Positions 58,363 to 64,000 of a stretch of DNA of 64,000 nucleotides are shown piece by piece. The notes under the pieces are model-generated. The model searched no databases. It worked only from the letters and a program-made list of their open reading frames with translations, and was not told the DNA's origin. Numbering within the stretch: position 1 is the first letter of the stretch; each line of letters begins with the position of its first letter. The DNA comes from Octopus vulgaris (Eukaryota), in NCBI GenBank assembly GCA_951406725.2, contig OX597826.1:23808001-23872000 (forward strand), given 5' to 3'. Position numbers and translations under genes: made by a program.

Positions 58363-59098
58363 TCATCATCATCGTCATCATTTAATGCCCACTTTCCATG
58401 CTGGGATGGGTTGGACAGTTTGACTAAGGGCTGGAAAGCCAGGAGGCTTCACTGGCATTGGCCAGGACTATGATTTCACCTGGTTCAACAGGTCTTCACA
58501 AGCACAGCATTATGCCCAAAGATTGAAGGTGCTTTTAAATGGGCCAGTTATGTGACACTGGCATTGGCCACGGCTATGATCTCACTTGGCTTGCTGGGTC
58601 TTCTCAAGCACTGTATATATATATATATATATATAAAGGTCTCGGTCACTTGTCATTGCCTCTGTGAGGTCTAACATTTGAAGGTTGTGCTTCACTACCT
58701 CATCCCATGTCTACCTCTTCCACAGATTCCCTTCACTGTTGGGGTGTGACACTTCTTCACACAGCTGTTCTCGTCCATATGTAACACATGACCATACTAG
58801 CATGGTCATCGGTCATCTCTCTTGTACACCATATCTGATGCTTCTTATGTCCAAGTTTTCTCTCAGGGCGTTTACACTCTGTCGTGTATGCACACTAACA
58901 TTACACATCTAGTGGAGCATACTAGCTTCATTTCTTTCAAGCCTTCGCATGTCCTCAGCAGTCACAGCCCATGTTTCACTGCTGTGTAGCATGGCTGTTC
59001 ACCCAGGCATCATACAGTCTGCCTTTCACTCTGAGCGAGAGGCCTTTTCTTACCAGCAGAGGTAGGAGCTCTCTAAACTTTGCCCAGGCTATTCTTAT
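58363..59098 (-). mobile_element. RTE-clade LINE relic (ORF C-terminus + 3' tail)
   Basis: Minus strand IRIAWAKFRELLPLL..KGLSLRVKGRLYDA..MLHSSETWAVTAEDMRRLERNEASML...YGHV...WDEVVK; (GAT)n tail. Confidence 0.85.
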
Positions 59099-59904
59099 GC
59101 TTATATACACTAGACAATTTTTACCATCCAACGGAGTGTACACAGAATTACCCATTGAAATTCACAGTTCGACTAGCAACAAAAGTGTAGTCAAAGACGT
59201 TAAATACTGATTGTTCTGGTTAGCTGTTGACTGGAATTTAACTGAGAGCTAATATGGTAACCGCTCAGATAATATATCCGCTCCTCCAAACTCTCCCTCT
59301 TTCTCTCTCTCTCTTTCTTTGACACACACTGAATATCATAAGAATTTATGAACTTTGAGAGAACACAAAATAGGTCTTTTTTGGAGTGGTGGATCTTGAA
59401 GCAGATAAGGCTATAAAAAGCATGTAAATATCATGTTTGAAAACCCTTTATATAGAAAAAGTAAAACGCTGTTCATGGGATTTGAACACACAGCTCCTGT
59501 AAAGAGACTATTATTTGTAGCTTTACCCACTTTGAGATCCACTATTCCCCCCAAAAATCACACACACACACGCACATATTTTTGGGTGTACGCATTGCCA
59601 TATATCCACACACAGACATAGTAACACATGCACTAACACACATGCATACGTTAAATTATTTGAAATCTATTAGTTGTGAGCAAAGTATGAATGTAAACAC
59701 ATTCCTTCCCTGCTTTTGATGTATGGGGGAGTGGGATGAGGAAGTGGAGTCCTTCTGGTTCTCATTGTATTTCATAAAATACAATATATATGTGTGTGTA
59801 TATGCTTAAATATATGCATCACATATATATATATAAAATGTATATATATAATATATATAAAATACATTTATATAATATATATAAATATACATATATAATA
59901 TCCT

Positions 59905-60200
59905 TAGGCAAGTGTCTTCTACTATAGCCTCGGGCCGACCAAAGCCTTGTGAGTGGATTTGGTAGACGGAAACTGAAAGAAGCCCGTCGTATATATATAT
60001 GTGTTTGTGTGTCTGTGTTTGTCCCCTAGCATTGCTTGACAACTGATGCTGGTGTGTTTATTTCCCCGTTATTTAGCAGTTTGGCAAAAGAGACCGATTG
60101 ATAAGTACTGGGCTTACAAAAGAAAAAGTCCCGGGGTCGAGTTGCTTGATTAAAGGCGGTGCTCCAGCATGGCCACAGTCAAAAGTAAAAACAAGTAAAA
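59905..60200 (+). mobile_element. 5'-truncated SINE
   Basis: Body and tail GGCGGTGCTCCAGCATGGCCACAGTC. Confidence 0.85.
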
Positions 60201-60212
60201 AAAAAAGTATAT

Positions 60213-60262
<50 letters not shown>

Positions 60263-61964
60263 TATATTTGCACACATGCACATACACACATCAATATATA
60301 CATGTTTAGATATGCATACTCACATGTATATATATGTATGTATATGCATACACATGGATGTATGTATTTATATATTATATATATGTATGTATGTATATAT
60401 GTATGTACATACACACATGCATTGCCTATACACACACATATATACATATATGCACTGCCTGTATATATATATATAGAGAGAGAGAGAGAGATAAAATTAA
60501 ACATTGGGTCTTAGTATGCAGAATAGTGTCATGTGTGAGACCCAACAAACTAATTGCCCACAGCAGGATATGAACACATTTCATGAGCTAAGCATTTAAA
60601 ATCCTCACCTATACCATGACTGCATCCTACAAAATAGAGAAAATGGCATGTATTTCATATGTGTGCGTGTGAATATATATGATATACATCATATATGTCT
60701 GTGTGTTTGTGTGTGAATATGTGAGCGGGAGGAAGTGGAAGAGGGAAAGAAGAAGACTGTTGTACATCATAAACGTATTCTACAAGAAAGAACAAGGAAA
60801 TATGACAAATAACAAAGAAAATGAAAGGAAGAAAAACTGCCATGCCATTAGATATAAGTTCCTACTCAAAGTTCTTATAAGTAAGTATCTCACTTTGTTT
60901 CTTTCCGTCTCTTTCTTCCTCTTCCTCCGTCCATCCTAAGTGTGATGGCGTTAAAAGAGCAATATCATCGTCGGAGATTCCTTTCTTGGTTCATTAGAGT
61001 TTTAGCACAATGAAGCACTCGTCAAACCATAGACTAGCTGCCAGAAACAACGAGAAATGTTTCTTATTGTCTTCAGAACTACAAACAATTTTTGAAATAT
61101 TTTATGTTGTTTTATTTTATTTTTGTGAATTTTTATTTTATTTTTGTCTTTAAATGTTTGCTGCATGATTTAAAAGATGATGTATGATGTTTGTGAGTTG
61201 AAGTTCGTTCCATTTGATGGCTGCAGAAACAGCTGTTAAAATGTGGCACTTAGAACCTTTTCACAGTTGTGTCTGTTGTTGTTGTGATTATTTTCTTAAG
61301 TTGTGTTTGATTGATAAAAAGAAATCTTTGAAATATTCCAAATACATCAAGCATCAAGCCTTGTTTTGATAAACATAAAACTGTGTCGGTTTATTTCAAG
61401 GACTGGTGAAGAAATCAAAGCAACCATTCCTGGTGTTTGTCTGTGGAGCAGACATGGAAACAAAAGTACTACCGTACTGCCCTGCTATTGATTTTGTATC
61501 AGTGTCCACAAAGATAAAACTCAAGATATTTCATCCAAAGTAAATTGCATTTACAGCTGGCCTCTTCCCTCTTGCTATGAAGAAACAGAAAAGCAGAGAG
61601 AATGAGAGTGAGAGAGAGTTTGATGTTTACTTCAGTTTTATAATGCATCATAAATGATATATTTGCTTGTTTTTCTCAGTGGACATTGGATGTAGTGCAC
61701 ATGTTTATTGAAATGGTAGTGTAAATGTCTCTTTTAAGTTAGAAGCAGCATGTTTACAGAATTTTAACTATAATAGTATCTCACTTTGTTTCTTTCTGTC
61801 TCTTTCTTCCTCTTCCTCCGTCCATCCTAAGTATGTAGCCCGAGGACAGTATAGGTACACAAAATCTTATGTTTCAATAGGTAGATAACCTAGTGGTCAC
61901 TTGCTCTTCTCCAGGTGTAGTCAGCTTCACTATGAGATGCTCTTTTACCTTTTGACAAGTTTAA

Positions 61965-62184
61965 CCCTTTTGTTACCAACCCGGCTGAAACCGGCTCTGG
62001 CTTTGAGTACAAATGTCTTGTTTTCATAAGTTTTGAATTAGAATCTTCCACTAAACCTTATTCGCAATTTATGCTCCTAACACTAGCTGAATGATAGCGA
62101 AGTTATTTTACTAAATTCTTTGTTATATTTAAAGTAATTGAAAGAAACACAGAGCATCTCAACAGAAATACAGTATTAAAAGGG
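61965..62184. mobile_element. piggyBac-type MITE
   Basis: TTAA|CCCTTTT...AAAAGGG|TTAA; a related element with ~155-bp internal repeats follows at ~62195-62733. Confidence 0.6.
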
Positions 62185-63219
62185 TTAATTTGTAACCCTT
62201 TTGAGACCAACTCATCTGAGACTACCCTGGTTCAATTACACAAATTCCCTCCTCTTATAAAGGATCTAAATAAAAATTATCTATCAAAATTTCGTATTAA
62301 TTTATGTTATAAATCCAGCTCAGTGATGATAAAATTACTTTAATACATATTTCTTTATTTTAGAAATTATTTAAAACAACGGCAGTGTTTTTCATTGGAA
62401 ATATGGGAACAAAAATGTTAGTGATCTGAATTAAAATCTTCCATCAAAATTTCATGTTAATTTATGTTACAAACATCAGCTTAATAATGACAAATTTATT
62501 TTTCATTATTCTAAATATTAATTGAAACAATATCTGTGTATTTCATAAGAAATATGGTAACAAAAGAATTCAAGTCATTTGAATTAACATCTTCCATCAA
62601 AATTTCATGTTAATTTGTGTTCTAAACACCAGCTTAATGATGACAAATTTATTTTACTAAATATTTCATTATTTTAGAAATTAATCAAAACAAAGTTTAT
62701 GTATTTTAGTAGAAATCTGGTAACAAAAGGGTTTATCTTACTGGATGCTCACACACTGTCCTCACCCACTAAACTAGTTTGGGAGCTGGGAGGGGTGTAC
62801 TGATTTAATCACCAACCACCCAGCCATAAGACAGGTTGCACTTGGTTACATGATATCTCTAACAGGTAGAACTTTTTGACCCAACATAACCCTCTCTCCC
62901 TTTCTATTCAATTGGTACAAGAGGAGACCTATGATGTTACTCAGTGTAATTAAGTGGGATGAAGGGAAGTTCCCAGTTGTAGCTGTTTTTCATTTTATGG
63001 AAATGTTGTGATAAAATGAGTTTTGTGTTAAATGACAGCATTGAGTTCAACTCTTTGTGTTTCTCCAGAAACATGATAGAGGCCCTCAAACTGCAACTCT
63101 GTTCTTGTTTGCCCAGAACCATGATAGAAGTTTTCAAACCATAGCAGAAGCTGCCCTAAAATGTCATTCTAAAAATAAACAATCACATTATTGAAATCTC
63201 AAAGCTCCAAGATAATGTA

Positions 63220-63723
63220 TTGGGTTGTCTGGAAAGTTTGTGCCAATTTATAGTAGCTTACCTTTCAACACAGTTTAAGCTATCTTTTTGTGGAAGAAGG
63301 TTTATGTTCCTATAACCCGTGTTAATTCTGTAACCCTTTAAAATGGAAGATAAGAAAGTTCATTTTCACTTGATGCCTTGGGAACCAGATAAAAATTGCT
63401 GCAGTTTGGCTGGGATGTGTTACCCCACTCTCCATATTCACCAGATATTGCTCCTTCGGATTTCCACTTATTCAGGTCTCTGCAGAATAGTCTTAATGGT
63501 AAAAATTTCAATTCTTTGGATGACGTAAAAAGATACCTTGATGAATTCTTTGCCATGAAACCACCTCAATTCTGGGAAGAGGGTATTTTAAAGTTAAAGG
63601 AAAGATGGAGACGCATTGTGCAACAAAATGATTCATATTTGGTTGATTAAAATTGTAATGGCAAGTATTTATTGACCTTTTTCTTTCCTTTAAAACTCGG
63701 CACAAACTTTCCGGACAACCCAA
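63220..63723 (+). mobile_element. Internally deleted mariner (504 bp)
   Basis: TIRs TTGGGTTGTCTGGAAAGTTTGTGCC / GGCACAAACTTTCCGGACAACCCAA; TA duplication; PHSPYSPDIAPSDFHLF catalytic C-terminus at 63396-63650. Confidence 0.92.
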
Positions 63724-64000
63724 TATGATCCATTCAAAACAATGTAATAAGAATTACATTTGGTAGAGTAATCTGAATGCTAAAGGGTTAAATAGTTCTG
63801 TCACCAAATGGTCAAATACTTTTGTTCCAGTATCACTAAATGTTTTGACATTTCAGTTTGCTAAGTGTCTATGTAGTGTAGTGTTACCTAAGTGTTTAAG
63901 CAGTGCCAACTGTTGAAAGGTGTTGTGTTGCTAAACATTTAAGCTATGTAGTGTTCTTTATTGTACTGACACCAAGTGTACTATCATAAAATGTTTAAGA

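Overview
Eukaryotic, repeat-dominated DNA with no host gene I can support. The SINE, RTE and microsatellite content suggests an octopus or other cephalopod genome (inference). Bases 1-30.6 kb are a mosaic of sequence islands set in very long (TA)n/(TATG)n arrays. The islands are five copies of a CR1-group LINE (one near full length, with an unusual Myb/trihelix + CCCH zinc-finger ORF1), three copies of a composite module (RTE tail + G-quadruplex leader + ~320-385-bp satellite), fold-back palindromes and a non-autonomous Helitron. Bases 30.6-64 kb look like ordinary intronic or intergenic DNA with many tRNA-derived SINEs and relics of mariner, Merlin, piggyBac-like, RTE and RLE elements. The best leads are: (1) the LINE ORF1 architecture, with a conserved slippery site and hairpin in the ORF1/ORF2 overlap; (2) a covarying 3' double hairpin shared by this LINE and the dominant SINE, pointing to a LINE-SINE partnership; (3) one G4-containing leader that precedes two unrelated ~375-bp satellites. 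The long YI/YM-type ORFs are microsatellite artefacts. Coordinates of degenerate elements are approximate.
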